Assembly: GCA_000934665.2 (NCBI GenBank)
Contig: JYFJ02003183.1
Location: 1-45,341 of the forward strand
Origin: Catajapyx aquilonaris
Lineage: Eukaryota
Length of the DNA: 45,341 bases
Direction: 5' to 3'
This document shows, piece by piece, positions 1 to 12,276 of this stretch. Numbering within the stretch: position 1 is the stretch's first letter; every line of letters begins with the position of its first letter. The position numbers and the translations under genes are program-made. The notes beneath the pieces are model-generated. The model saw nothing but the letters and a program-made list of their open reading frames with translations, was not told the DNA's origin and did no database searches.

Positions 1-69
1 TTAAAAACAATTTAGGAATGGACAGGTTTCCGTTACACTCAGGGTCCGTTATGAACAGGTTTCACTTAT

Positions 70-341
70 AACGACCTGATTTTGCCAGAATTGAGTTTCT
101 CGACCCTGAAAACATGGGAAATGACACCAGAATGACCACCGTAGCCCAACAAATACGCAGATAACACGCGATTTTCACTTATGCCACATATAAAACTTTG
201 CGGGGGTGTACAACAATTACCAGATACCTTTGGAGGTGGCTCCAACCCTCAAAATGCTCCTTATGGTGCGTACATCACGAAAAAAATTTAAAATCGCTTT
301 TGGCTCGAAGTGCATAATACTTTCAATAAGCCGCCGTACTA
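70..341. mobile_element. One end of a non-autonomous TIR transposon (Academ-like terminus)
   Basis: Ends ...AAGTGCATAATACTTTCAATAAGCCGCCGTACTA, the same TAGT...ACTA terminus type as the 9745-12663 element. The partner end is not in the window and the start coordinate is approximate. Confidence 0.35.
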
Positions 342-660
342 TCTATACTTTTACTGACTCAGGTTGAGCCACCGATAAGCAAAGGCTGCAGAATAAAGCT
401 GTCATTTTAAGGCGTGTCACTCGCTGGTCCAGACTGCAGCCAGTGCAGTGCTTTGAGTTCGAATCTGACATACAGGTAAATTTATGCAAAAGGTTTGGCA
501 AAACAGGTTCAGGGGGGGTGGAAATCAGCTAATTAGTGTGAAAAAGATGTTACACTGAAGTGATGACCAAGGACATCAGTTGTCCTCATGTAGGTACACT
601 AGAAACGTTGACCACAATTTTTTTCTGACATTTATAATTGCAATGTTTGTTGAATTACAG

Positions 661-741
661 AGTGAAGTTCAGCAGCAGGTCCACTGGTAGCAACAGGTTG
701 GCCCTTGGAAATCTTTCTGCACAAGCAGACGACTCTATCCT
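661..741 (+). other. Non-coding 5' leader mini-exon, cassette 1
   Basis: TTACAG acceptor ends at 660 and GTGAGT donor starts at 742. Homologous exons with both splice sites kept occur at 5509-5590, 12972-13053, 16511-16578 and 32450-32531. Confidence 0.6.
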
Positions 742-2376
742 GTGAGTATAATAATGTTCATTTAATCTACCGGTACCGGTACTGAAATAATAGTCAAAGA
801 AAAATTTTCTTTTCCTAGAAAGAATTTCAACTTCAACAGAATAAACTTCCAAAAATTCTTGTGAAACAGCTATTTTGTGACTTCCAATAGTAGCCTATTA
901 GTGTGTGGCTCAACATACAATTAGTAATTTAATTCTTTATAGTGATGTCACAGGCGCATGGTGGAAGGTGGACTTGAAATCAAAATTCGGCAGATACGTC
1001 TCTTGGCTTAGAATATGTTGGTGGACTTACCCAGAAATCGAATTTTTTGGACTTAACAATAGTATTGATCTCACCCGACGATTTTTAACCTGCGCATAAT
1101 TCTGTAAAAAGTAAAAACGATATCTGATCATATTTAATGGAGTTTATTTTTAAGATGTTGTCACATAATGTCACCTGTATTGCCATTCATGAAACGAGAG
1201 AGGAGACAAGAGTGGTGTCATCATGTTTTTTCACTAGTGAATTCTCGAGTGAAGTACTCTCATTTACTTTATTAGGCTGTGTAAATTGCTTAGTGTAGGT
1301 GTATGAATTTGGTGGCAGATTGCGTCATGTTGCTGTTCCAAACTGATTACAAAAAATCTTTTAAAAAATTGGTGTTTTTAGTATATAGAAAATATTATGT
1401 TACTAATATTTTTAGTTGGAACTTGAATATAACTGCTGGTGTTTGGTTTTGGCCTGAGATTGCTGTAGCTGCATTGCAAAATTGTACTTTTTCAGCCTGT
1501 GTGTATATAAGTAGCCTGGCTTTTTCATCCTAAAATTTTTGGTAGTAAAACTTAATGCACTTCAGCTATTACCACATACACTATGTGCATTAATATAGTG
1601 TATGAAGCACCAGGTCCATTTACAGAAATCATGGCTTATTTTTGCATTTTGTATATGTTACCTAAAGGTAGCGTGGCCGAGTGGTCTAACGTAAGTACTT
1701 ATATGTTGGTCGTTGTTAAGAGCGGTAATCATACAGGACAGGTAACACATATGAAACATTTGCCCTTATGTCAAATCTCCTTATTTCTTTTACCGTTGTG
1801 TTGGCACCAGATAATTATAATTACATGATAATAATCATCATAACAGGTGGACAATATCATACCAACTGAGCATAAATGGAATTATTTGGTAGCTCGATCC
1901 TCTTGGATTTTGATGTAAAATATCATGGATGTTTGTATGAGTGATTGCGTGTATCAAAAACCATGTTTCAGGACTTTCCTACACCGCTGTAGCAAGATTC
2001 GCATAAGTAAAATAAGGCATTAAGTGAAAAAAATTATTGTGCTTGTATTTGGAGTACAGTTGTGACGTTTTATAATCATTACATCCAACATTTCAGCTAG
2101 GTAGTTTCCATGATAATTTGAAGACAATGAGATGTTGACTGTTTTATAGGAACGAAATCAGATAGTGCAAAAAATGTCTTGTAAAGTGAATTCCCTCCAG
2201 ATTTTTCATTTAGGACTTGATCACTCTTCACTGTACTTCACTGTACTTACAGGATAACAAAAGTATCATATTGTTTTGTGCAATACAATTATTATAGTTC
2301 TGGGCAGTGGAAACAGTACATTTATTTAAGACAGTAATTTTTGTTCTTGCCTATTTTCAGAACTGATTGAAAAAAA

Positions 2377-3393
2377 ATGTCTACTGAACATCCAACTGAA
2401 CAACTCACCATAACAGCACAGGTGAAGCCATTTCATTTTAAATGGCCCATTGGAGATTACAAGCTCCATGAAATGGATAAGAAAATAATTAAATCTGATC
2501 TATTCACCATCCGAGGATTGGAGTCAACACAGAAATGGCAGCTGCACCTTCATCCCAAGGGCAATAGGCAATCTAGTGAAGGTCACACCTCTCTCTTCCT
2601 TCATTGTCCTTCTGATACTCATAATTTCCAATTCCCTACCATGTTTTCCCTCAAAATTAAGAGTACCAATGGCAAAAAGGACTACACTCGCAATACTACA
2701 AGGATTCTCACATTTTCCAGGCAAAGTCAGTCTTGGGGCTTTCCTAAATTCATTGAAAACAAAGTCTTGGAAGAGAGAGCTTCTGACCTTCTTCCAAATG
2801 GTAGCCTGACATTGATTTGCACCGGGAATGTCATTTTGGATATAAAGACACCTGAAGTTTGTGGCCGTGGATTGTTTGAAGATGCGAAGTGCATGCGGGA
2901 GTCCCATGCTGGCAGGGGCGTAACTCTGGTGGCAAGTGATGGAACAGAACTTCCAGTGCACAAGTTTATTTTGTGTGCCCGAAGCCCAGTGTTTGCAGCC
3001 ATGTTTGACCACGACACTGAGGAGAAGAAGACAGGAAGGGTTGTCGTCAAGGACGTACGGCCAGATGTTCTGAGAGGCCTCGTTAGTTTCATGTACACTG
3101 ATGAAGCCCCTGAAGATGTGAAGGAATTGGCCATAGAACTGTTGATTGCATCTAATAAGTATCAGATCCCTCGTCTTCTGTATCTAATTGATGAGCATAT
3201 CAGAAACAATTTGACTGTTGAAAAGGTACTGAACATTTTGAACCATGCCATCTTACTTGATTTGCCAACAATGAAGGATGTATGCTTGCAGTTCATCCAG
3301 TCCAATGCAAAGGAAGTCAAAGAGTCTCAGTCTTGGAAGGAATGTGCTGATGTTGATGTCTTGAAGGTCCTTTCTGAATTCTTGCTGAAGTAA
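2377..3393 (+). CDS. MATH-BTB protein (SPOP/roadkill/TDPOZ-like CUL3 adaptor), copy G1, 338 aa, clade A
   Basis: MATH motifs FHFKWPI, WQLHLHPKG, SLFL, SWGFPKFI, LLPNGSLTLIC; BTB motifs VHKFILCARSPVFAAMF and FMYTD; BACK-like tail. Acceptor TTTTCAG ends at 2360, just before the ATG; CDS has no introns. Confidence 0.95.
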   Translation: MSTEHPTEQLTITAQVKPFHFKWPIGDYKLHEMDKKIIKSDLFTIRGLESTQKWQLHLHPKGNRQSSEGHTSLFLHCPSDTHNFQFPTMFSLKIKSTNGKKDYTRNTTRILTFSRQSQSWGFPKFIENKVLEERASDLLPNGSLTLICTGNVILDIKTPEVCGRGLFEDAKCMRESHAGRGVTLVASDGTELPVHKFILCARSPVFAAMFDHDTEEKKTGRVVVKDVRPDVLRGLVSFMYTDEAPEDVKELAIELLIASNKYQIPRLLYLIDEHIRNNLTVEKVLNILNHAILLDLPTMKDVCLQFIQSNAKEVKESQSWKECADVDVLKVLSEFLLK

Positions 3394-4356
3394 TCTACAT
3401 TAGATAGCTTATTGAGATGAAAGTATGTGCAGTTATTTGGTCCTTTTTGTATCTGAGGAATTATTTAATAGGAACTGTCGTATCACTTTCGTACAGTCGT
3501 TAGTCATTTTTTTCATGGTAAGTACGTGATTGTCGCCTTTAAACTGACCCTTTTATGTTTTTTGTTCGAGTAAAACAGAAGTTTGCATGTCACTGCTACT
3601 TCTAGACTGCAGAGAATGGTGGAAGTTAGATTGATAGCTGAGGCAGTGTTGCTTACCGGCATATAAAAGTTTCCAAAATGCAAAATTAGATCACAAAGTT
3701 TATTGCCAATTTCTAGATACACAAATTGGCAGCTTCCTTTTTTATATGTCTTTTTATTTTGGGCACTTATGCAGTCATGCTTCACTTTATTTGTTCGGTT
3801 GCTCTTGATGAAACAGATCAGAGTAAACTCTGATGTATTGTCATTCTGATGTTATCAGATTGTTCCCTTTATTTTATTATCTACCTTGTTTGGTGTTTGG
3901 AGATCTTCAGGAGGGAAGCAACTGGTGGTGCCAAATGTCATTCAGATTTTCCACAAAGAGCTTTCTCAAAAAACATCTTTATTCCATGTTGCACTACATA
4001 ATGCGGTCTGAGAGAGAGTATGTTTTCTAATGCATATGCTCACGGCATGCATTTATTAGTATAGTCTACTTAGTATTTAATGATTGTGTGTGGGTATTTG
4101 GTGAGAATTTTTCTGTTGTTGTCCAGACATGTATTTCTGTTGGAATTTATTCCAACTGAGCTTAATATTTTAAATATTCAGTTCTCCGGTCAGTTTTTAA
4201 ATAGAAAAGGGTTCAAATTGGATTTTTATTTATGTATTAAATTTTATTTTGGACAATGTCTTACCCCCGAGATTAAGCCATCCAAATAAGTATCCCTTTT
4301 CAAACTGTATGCCTATCTAGTGCATTGGAATGTTATCCAGGTCTTATAAGCTATTA

Positions 4357-4362
4357 AATAAA
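4357..4362 (+). terminator. Putative polyadenylation signal of G1
   Basis: AATAAA in a context conserved downstream of the paralogs (23853, 31476, 35767, 41801). Confidence 0.6.
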
Positions 4363-4890
4363 GTTCTTGAACTTTTCCAAAACAGTGAGACTTGTAATTA
4401 ATTTTTGTCAGTCGCAAATCAACTGCAGCATTTACAAATGCAGATACTGCACAAACAACTGCCAAGGTATATAGGTAAGATGCTAATGTTAGGAATAATG
4501 TTTAGGAAAAATTATTTCCATAGTGAATGTGTTGGTGTTTGATGACACAACACAAATTGTGATAATTAAATTAAAATTTAGACACAATTAAGAAAAACAT
4601 TATGTAGGCTACAGTTGCACAACTAGTATGTCACTGAGTTTTTAAAAACATTATTATGCCATGAGTTTCAGGAAGTAGAATACTAGATCAATAAAATTCT
4701 GGCCGAAGCTCATTATTTCCATCTGCTGGACGACCTGCGCTGGCTATTAATATTGAAACATGCCAATGAGTTAGATACATTATTGAAAAGCTCATTTAAC
4801 CCCTTTTGAAATGTTGTATACATAATATTGCAGCACACTAAATTCGAAGGTGAGGCAACCTTCCACAAAATAATTTAATCCCAATTCGAA

Positions 4891-5049
4891 TGTGGAGCCA
4901 CTCTGTAACTTTAGAGCCACCCTGTAGAGGACGCATTGCGACCCACGCTTCTCTGGTTCATTCCGGTCCGTTCCTCCCATCTGGACGACATTTTCTCATC
5001 AACTACTGGCCTGCAAATTTTTCTGTTCCAGTCAGTATTTTAGGTAAGT
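4891..5049 (+). promoter_or_regulatory. Conserved promoter/first-exon block, cassette 2
   Basis: GAGCCACCCTGTAGAGGACGCATTGCGAcCCACGC...CTGGTTCATTCCGGTCCG, with Inr-like TCATTC at 4958-4963 and GTAAGT donor at 5044. The block recurs at 24285 and 42496, and partially at ~9200, ~15860, ~31810 and 37255. Confidence 0.6.
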
Positions 5050-6203
5050 GGAGAAAATTCGAGAGAATTAAGGGGCAGTCTCTGCACGTACATTGTCTCT
5101 TGGACACCCAGATGCCGGCACACCCAGAACTTAGCCTGCAACAATCACTATATCCCATTAGTAACATATTACGTACATAAATGTTGCATCACATGAAAAG
5201 GTGGTGCATTGCATATGATACGTGGAATATTTTCATTTATGAGCAGCTCCACTGGTATGGAACGTAATTTGACAGCTTTCTGCAGTAGAATTATTTTTTT
5301 CTTGTCTAATCAAGAAATATCTTTCTCTGCAGGACATTGCAAACCTGCGTGTTAAGTGTGTGTCGTATGACCAAAATCTCCATAATGCAATATTTTGCCG
5401 CAATGTCATTTTTTTACTGGTGTCATCATGGATGTCTAAAAAACAATTAATTTAATTGTTACGTATTATTTTTATAACCTTCAACATTACAATCTCATTG
5501 CATTACAGATTGTGGTTTAGGCAGAGGTCCAACGGTAACGGCAGATAGGCCCTTGGAAATCTTTCTGTAAATGCTGACAACATTGCATTGGTGAGTATAA
5601 TAGATCTTTAAATTTTTTGGAATGTAATGTAATAGTCCAATCAGATGTTTCTTTTTTTAGACCAAATTAAACTTTGACACTACTTGCGCATTCTCTAAAA
5701 CAATATATTATGATTATTTTTAGTACAATTTCATTTTTTAAGTGTTGTCATGTTGTGCCACTATGATATTGCCATTCATGTCTAGAGAGAAGAGCCAAGA
5801 GTGGTGTCATCATGTTTTATCACTAACAATTATTTAAGCTGTGATTATTGTATGATGCGCAGTTCTACGAATTTGCTGGCAGATTGTGTCCCATTGATGA
5901 AAATTGTTATTTTCCAGCTGGTGTGTAATATAAGTATGGCTAATCACTCATGCAACTAAAAAATACATATGATATAGATGAATTTTACAATAATTTTCAA
6001 ATAGCTTAATTTTTCAGGCGCAGACGAGGAGTTATGCTTATGTTTGGAGTACGGTTGTGGCATTTAATTACCACTTAGTCCAACACAGTCAACGTACACA
6101 GATGTGATCGAAAGCGGAGGGAAAATTGGACAGAGTTATGAAATAATGGGTCAACCCACAAAAATGTCAAAATTGAACCAAGCCCAGGAACATACACCTA
6201 AAG

Positions 6204-6399
6204 CAGAGGTTCTTAACCTTTTCAGGCCTCCGCACCCCTTTGTAGACAATATGTGGGTCCTTGTCGCCCCCCCCTTTACCAGGGGTGATTGATTAACTTC
6301 ATAGTTAGACCAGTTATTAGCTCTTGGTTAGATTAAGTCCAGAGATGCACCTTTCTCGCACCCCCTGGAGGTGTGGGCACCCCTGGCCAAGAACTGCTG
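6204..6399. mobile_element. hAT-type MITE
   Basis: Termini CAGAGGTTCTT...AAGAACTGCTG with a perfect 8-bp TSD ACCTAAAG (6196-6203 and 6400-6407). Confidence 0.85.
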
Positions 6400-7514
6400 A
6401 CCTAAAGGATCCTACTTAATTCAGTTAAAATCACGCAGGTGAAATCTGCATACTTCTGCCATAAATGACCGAAAAGAACACTGAATTAATTTCACAGGTA
6501 TGACCTTCAAAGCCCTTTTTCTCAAAACTGGTCTCGCGTGGGTTGACGCATTATTGCATAACACCGTCCAATTATCAAAATAATACAGTAGGTACCCGTT
6601 TTACACCCCTCCATTTTACGCCATTCTACATTAACGCTTGTTTGAAAATGACATCATAAAATTTTTAAATTGAAAAATTGTGATAACATGGAAATTATGA
6701 TAGCTTGCTGGTTGTGAAGTGGCCAAGAAAGATTTCCCATGCGGGAAGTACCCGTTTTACGCAGCTCCATTTTACGCCGTTTTGCATTAACCCCGGTTTT
6801 AAAATTACATTTGAAAATTTTGTATCAGAATTTCTTTTTTGAATATTTGATGATAACACAATCTGAACATGAAGGCATCACTCCAACACTTCTGAGACCA
6901 AACACACGAACGTATACCTGCTCTTCTTTCCTCTGTGTTTCCTGGTGCCTTGTGGCAGGTTCTATCGATATATGAACTGTACAGTACTGTATTGTTCGGT
7001 ATTGTTGATCTCGGCACTCTCCGAAGTACCTTAGGTACTCCAACCGTTAATAAATTGTTACAATACCCTACGTGTACTGCAATTATTATTCTTGCCAACC
7101 TGCCCGTTGTTCTATTGTTTTCATTGTTGAATATGCAATGTTGATTATTGTAGAACATGAGTGAGAGAGGCAGATCCTTCCTTTGGGCTTGTTGACAGCG
7201 AGCTAGGGTTGCTAGGCAATTTCGAAATCTGCTGAAAACCGCCCTTAGACTCAAAAAAGTGCGGGTTTAGGACTTTTCAGGGGGTCAGTGATAGGTAAGA
7301 CATGGCTGTGAGAAATTTGAGTGCTCTCCGTACCCGGGAAGTGGCTTAATTAGGTGTGACATAAATATGTACAAACTTTCAGCTTTATACATATATATGG
7401 GGATGCTTTGTATGAAATCTAATTACACCATTATTATTCCTTTACAGGGTTCATAATACATTTACTTCAGAACACACTTTTTGGTCTTGCTTTTCACAGT
7501 TGAATTGGAAAAAA

Positions 7515-8532
7515 ATGACTGCCAGACAAAAATTCTTCATGACAGCAGATGTGATGACATTTTGTTTCAATTGGACCATTGAAAATTACAATCCCTATGG
7601 AATGGATGACGAAGTGATTATATCTAATCCATTCACCATCAGTGGATTGGAGTCAACAAAATGGAAACTGGAGCTTTATCCCAATGGCCACAATGATAAG
7701 GATGATGGTCGCATATCTCTTTTCCTTCAATGCTGTTCTGATGTGGATGATTTCCAATTCCCTACCAAATTTTCCCTCACCATTAAGAGTACCAATGACA
7801 AAAAGGACTACACTCGCAATGTTACAAAGATTCGCACATTTTACAAGCAAAGTGAGTCTTGGGGGTTTCCTAAATTCATTGAAAACGAAGTCTTAGAAAA
7901 GAGAGCTTCTGACCTTCTTCCAAATGGTGCCCTGACTTTGATTTGCACAGGGGATCTCATGTTGGATATGGATTGTGAAAAGACAGCTGATGTTCGTGGC
8001 CCTGGATTGCTGGAGGATATGAAGTGCATGCTGGAGTCCCATGTTGGCAGGGATGTAACTCTGGTGGCAAGTGATGGAACAGAACTTCCAGTGCACAAGT
8101 TAATTCTGTGTGCCCGAAGTCCTGTGTTTGCAGCCATGTTTAAGCACGATACTGAGGAGAAGGAGACAGGAAGGGTTGTCATCAAGGACATGCAGCCAGA
8201 TGTCCTGAGAGGCCTCATTACTTTCATGTACAGTGATGAAGCCCCTGAAGATGTGACCGAGCTAGCTGGCCATGGATCTCCTGATTTCATCACACAAGTA
8301 TCAGATCCCACGTCTTCAGTTTCTGTTGGTGAAGCATGTCAGCACCACTTTGATTGTTGAAAATGTACTAAGCATTTTGAGTCATGCCGTCTTACTTGAC
8401 TTGCCAACACTGAAGGATGGGTGCTTGCAGTTCATCAAGTCAAATGTAAATGGGGTGACAGAGAGTCAGTCTTGGAAGGAGTTGGCTGATGTTGATTCCT
8501 TGAAGGCCCTTTTTGAATATGGGATGAAATAG
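7515..8532 (+). pseudogene. MATH-BTB copy G2 with a 4-bp frameshift (clade A)
   Basis: ORFs 7500-8360 and 8272-8532 together give a full paralog of G3. AGCT is duplicated at 8260-8267 relative to G3 (GAGCTGGCC). Likely ATG at 7515, after the acceptor ending at 7499. Confidence 0.85.
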
Positions 8533-8966
8533 TCTGCACTGGATAGATTTTTGAGATGAAAATGTGTGCTATTATGTGGCCCTGTTATGACCTATTGCAA
8601 CACCTGTTGTTGTTTTTTTGGTCCTGTATGAATGAATGAAACTACCCAATCTGCTCTGTTTAGTTTGAGTGTTTATGGCTCTATGCAGTGATGTTTCACA
8701 TAATTTGTTCTCCTGTTGCTTGAGACTCTTTATTGAAATTTTCAAATGTGATTATTTATAATGCTGTGTATCAGGCTGTGGCTAATGGTTATTAAAGATG
8801 GAAATTTCTAACATGTAGTTTTCTTTTGTTACTCGTACATTCAAGATGTAATAACAGTGGAAACCAAAGGGTCAAAGTGTGTGTTTGTAAACCTTCAGGA
8901 GTTAAGCTGGGGCCAAATGACTATCGGATTATGTTATATGGAGTGTTCTCAAAGGGCATCCTTATA

Positions 8967-9152
8967 CAGTAAAACCTCCATTTAACGCTCTTCACCTGGG
9001 AACCAGGTAAACCGAGCTGTCTATGCGGGAAAGCATCGACAAGCGCTATAAGCTGGAAAATTTACTATTGCGCCTTATTATGGAGCTGATCAAGGGACTG
9101 GAAAAAAGCGGGAAAGCGTTATATGCGGGATCGTTATATCGAGGCTTCACTG
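8967..9152. mobile_element. pogo/Tigger-like MITE
   Basis: TA|CAGTAAAACCTC...GAGGCTTCACTG|TA. The corresponding copy is at 15611-15813. Confidence 0.75.
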
Positions 9153-10539
9153 TACTTTAATTTTTTCAGGTAATACGGTACTGTATATTATTCAAGGCCG
9201 ATTCTGGTCCACGCTGGTCCGTTCCTCTGTCTAATTTTCTCTCATCAGGGTGTCCAACTGTAATTATACGGTTGAGTCGAATACGGTGAGGCCTTCTGGG
9301 GTAGGTAATTCTAATTAGCTAATTATGCCTCAATGCTACAAAATTGCGGAATGCTAAAAAGGTGCATGCATTAAGCTATCCAATGTGAATATTTTGCGCT
9401 GCTCAGGGGACTCCCCTCTCCCCACTCTTGACTGATGGACCTTGTTCTTTGTCAACTCTCTCAAGGTTACTCCTGGGCATGGTGGAAAGAGAAAGCTCCT
9501 GGCCCCTGGGCAAGCGAAAAGGATACTGGCTGAAAAAAAGGCAGGCATTTTTTGGGTGTGTCCGGGAGTCAGTATTTTAGGTAAGGGGAGAAAATTCTAG
9601 AGAATTAAGGGCCGTCTGCACGTACATTGTCTCTGGGACACCCAGATGCCCACCCAGAACTTAGCCTGTAACGACCACCATTAGCACATATTACGTACAT
9701 ATGTTGCATCACATGCATATGCATATGCATTGCATACGATACGTTAGTGGGGGGCTCTTAGGGTCCAAATTCGACCAGATGGGGACAGGTTGGACAAAAG
9801 CACCATATTTTTTCTGTGGAATCTGTATTGCTTACGCTTTAGATTTTTGGTAGGATGATCCACGTGATCAAGACAATGGATCATGAGTTATATATATGAG
9901 TCATTATCCATGTGACCGTGTCAGCCGGTGGATACTTCTTCAATTGTTGATACTACCGCATTACAAATAACAATAAATAGTTCCCCGCAAACTACTCATG
10001 TTATTTAAGTGTTATTTAAGTGTTACTTAACATAAGCCGCACAGGGGGTCGATCAGGTGTATGATCAGTGTGCATGAATGTAATGGTAATTGTATGGGGC
10101 ATTCTGCGTCAATGGGGCTACCCGTTATTGCCATGACCTTTTCAGGTTTTGGTCGTATTGAAGTATATTGTAGTACCAACAGACCGGTTTGCGTAACCGA
10201 GTTTGTTTCTCGGTACGACGAGTGGTTATGAAACTACAGGCTGCCAAATGTGCCAATTTTGCTCCATAAGCATCTGTAAGCTGTTACTTGGAGGGCAACT
10301 CCCAGAGGAACAGTTAATTCCTAAACTTTGTGTGCATTTGAAAGGTAATTTCACTCCTTATGAGATGGTTATACTTGTAATTAAGAAGACAAAAAAATTT
10401 AAATAAAAATGATGGTCAAAAAATGTATTATTTTGATGTTGATCATTAATGGACCTCTGCGATTTATTTTTAACAGCACTTAAAATGATAAGTGAAATGT
10501 TTACTTGGGATTCCGCAAAATCTGGAGAACCCCTGTTCC

Positions 10540-11770
10540 CTGATTCAAGAACTCTACCGAGGTAACAATAAATACTGATGTCAGTGGCCGAGTAAAATGA
10601 TAAATTGCATGAAGTTAAAAGAGATTCCCATTTTAATGGGCTTCTCAGTGAGGAAGGTGCAAGTTTCAGAATCTTTCTTGTCGTGTATGGATGGCCAAAA
10701 AAATTATCCCATGGCTGAGTGATTGATTGGATATTTGTCGATCCAGAAATAATATTACAGCTGCCACTTCAGCATTTACGTAACTGTTATTAAGCAACAA
10801 TATGATAAAATGTTCTCTTTAAAACCGCTGACCATACGAACTTGACGTGTGGACAGTTGCCAATCCAGGGACACATGCGACAATAATGGTATTTTGGAAT
10901 GATGTTGTATATGTCGTATTTTGTGTTGGGCAGTTTATCAGGGTTCATTGTTGAACACAAGAATGGACTAACTGTGTACATAGGTGGATGGAGCAACATG
11001 AAGATTCTTCCATAGGCCTCCAGCTATGAGCATGCCTTTCTCTCTTGTGTCCAACAATGAACCCCGATAAACCGCCCTACGCGAAATGCATCATTCCAAA
11101 ACACCTTCGTTATATATATGTCCCTGGAGCAGTAACAACCCAAGCACGTGTTACGATGCTCAGAGATTTTGAAGAGAGCATCTATCATATTGTTGCTTAA
11201 TAACAATTAAGTAAGTGCTGAAATAGCAACTCTAATATTATTTCTGGATCTACAAATATCGGTACCCATTAAATCGCTGAGATACTTGACAATTTTATTG
11301 GGCATCCATAAATGACACGAAAAATTCTGAAACTTGCTTCTTCAGAAGCTCTTAAAAATTGTGGTCTCTTAATTAATTTAATGTGATTTATCTTATTACT
11401 CAATGACATCGGTATTCTGTGCCTGGCTGTTGGACTGGAAGGTCACAAGAGTGGTTGTTCCAACCCCATCATGGCTCAACACCGTCGCCTAGGAGACATC
11501 TGTCAACAAGCACCCCCTGGTGAGATAGAGTCTTCCTGGGTGTTTCTGGTTGTTTACATCGCCATCAACAATCCATTCTGTGCCTGGCTGTTGGACTGGA
11601 AGGTCACAAGAGTGGTTGTTCCATCCCCAACATGGCTCAACACCGTCGCCTAGGAGACATCTGTCATCGCTGGTAACCCCATCTTGATGGGAATATGCCG
11701 TGAATGAATGTATGTATGTATGTATGTACATCGGTATTTATTGTTAACTCGGTCGAGTTCTTGAATCAGG
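10540..11770. mobile_element. Fold-back element with ~270-bp imperfect TIRs, nested in 9745-12663
   Basis: 10540-10810 is an inverted match to 11180-11416 plus 11739-11770 (CTGATTCAAGAACTC / GAGTTCTTGAATCAG). Confidence 0.7.
11417..11727 (+). mobile_element. 5'-truncated non-LTR retroelement/SINE 3' end
   Basis: 11-bp TSD ACATCGGTATT (11406-11416 and 11728-11738), a (TGAA)(TGTA)n tail, and an internal ~90-bp direct duplication (11417-11505 vs 11578-11667). Confidence 0.75.
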
Positions 11771-12120
11771 CTTTCTCTCATTATCATATGTACGTGGTAG
11801 GCATTTATTTATTTTTAGAGCAACAATATTATTTTGTGAAATTTTGTTGCCAATTTACGGGATTTCTAGGTTTGGCGCACAAAATGCTTTTGATATTTGG
11901 CAGATATCGAATTTCTGATCTCCAGATTTGGCAGCAATCTCAAGCAAACATTTCCCGTATTATTTGAAACGCCATTCAAAATCAGTAGTAGGGGTCGATT
12001 AATGAGTAATATAAAAATTTTGGGAACCATTTTGAATTTAAATTTTGGATTTTCTTGTGCATATGTATGACCATCTCATAGAAAGTGAAAATACCTTTCA
12101 AATGCACACATTAAATTTAA

Positions 12121-12276
12121 CCCTGTAATGCCACTAATCTAAGTAATGCCCACTGGGTCATATCTGGCCCACCATTTAGTGCAATTTTTGCAACTTTTGC
12201 AATTTTTATATTTCCTGTAAGTGTGCCAAATTGCACTAAATGGTGTGCCTGATATGACCCAAGGGGCATTACAGGG
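12121..12276. mobile_element. piggyBac-type MITE
   Basis: TTAA|CCCTGTAATGCC...GGCATTACAGGG|TTAA, with internal inverted symmetry. Confidence 0.8.

Noticed and set aside
559..628. C/D-box snoRNA-like pattern (TGATGA...CTGA) in a leader intron
   Set aside because: TGATGA recurs at ~16343 and ~32268, but the D box and a terminal stem are not conserved and no guide is recognisable.
1667..1691. GGTAGCGTGGCCGAGTGGTCTAA, resembling a tRNA-Leu 5' end
   Set aside because: Only ~25 nt, with no anticodon arm, T-arm or B box following. Probably a SINE or tRNA fragment.
2524..3134. Antisense and alternate-frame ORFs recurring over each MATH-BTB gene
   Set aside because: They are shadows of the paralogous sense CDSs, with inconsistent lengths and no independent motifs.
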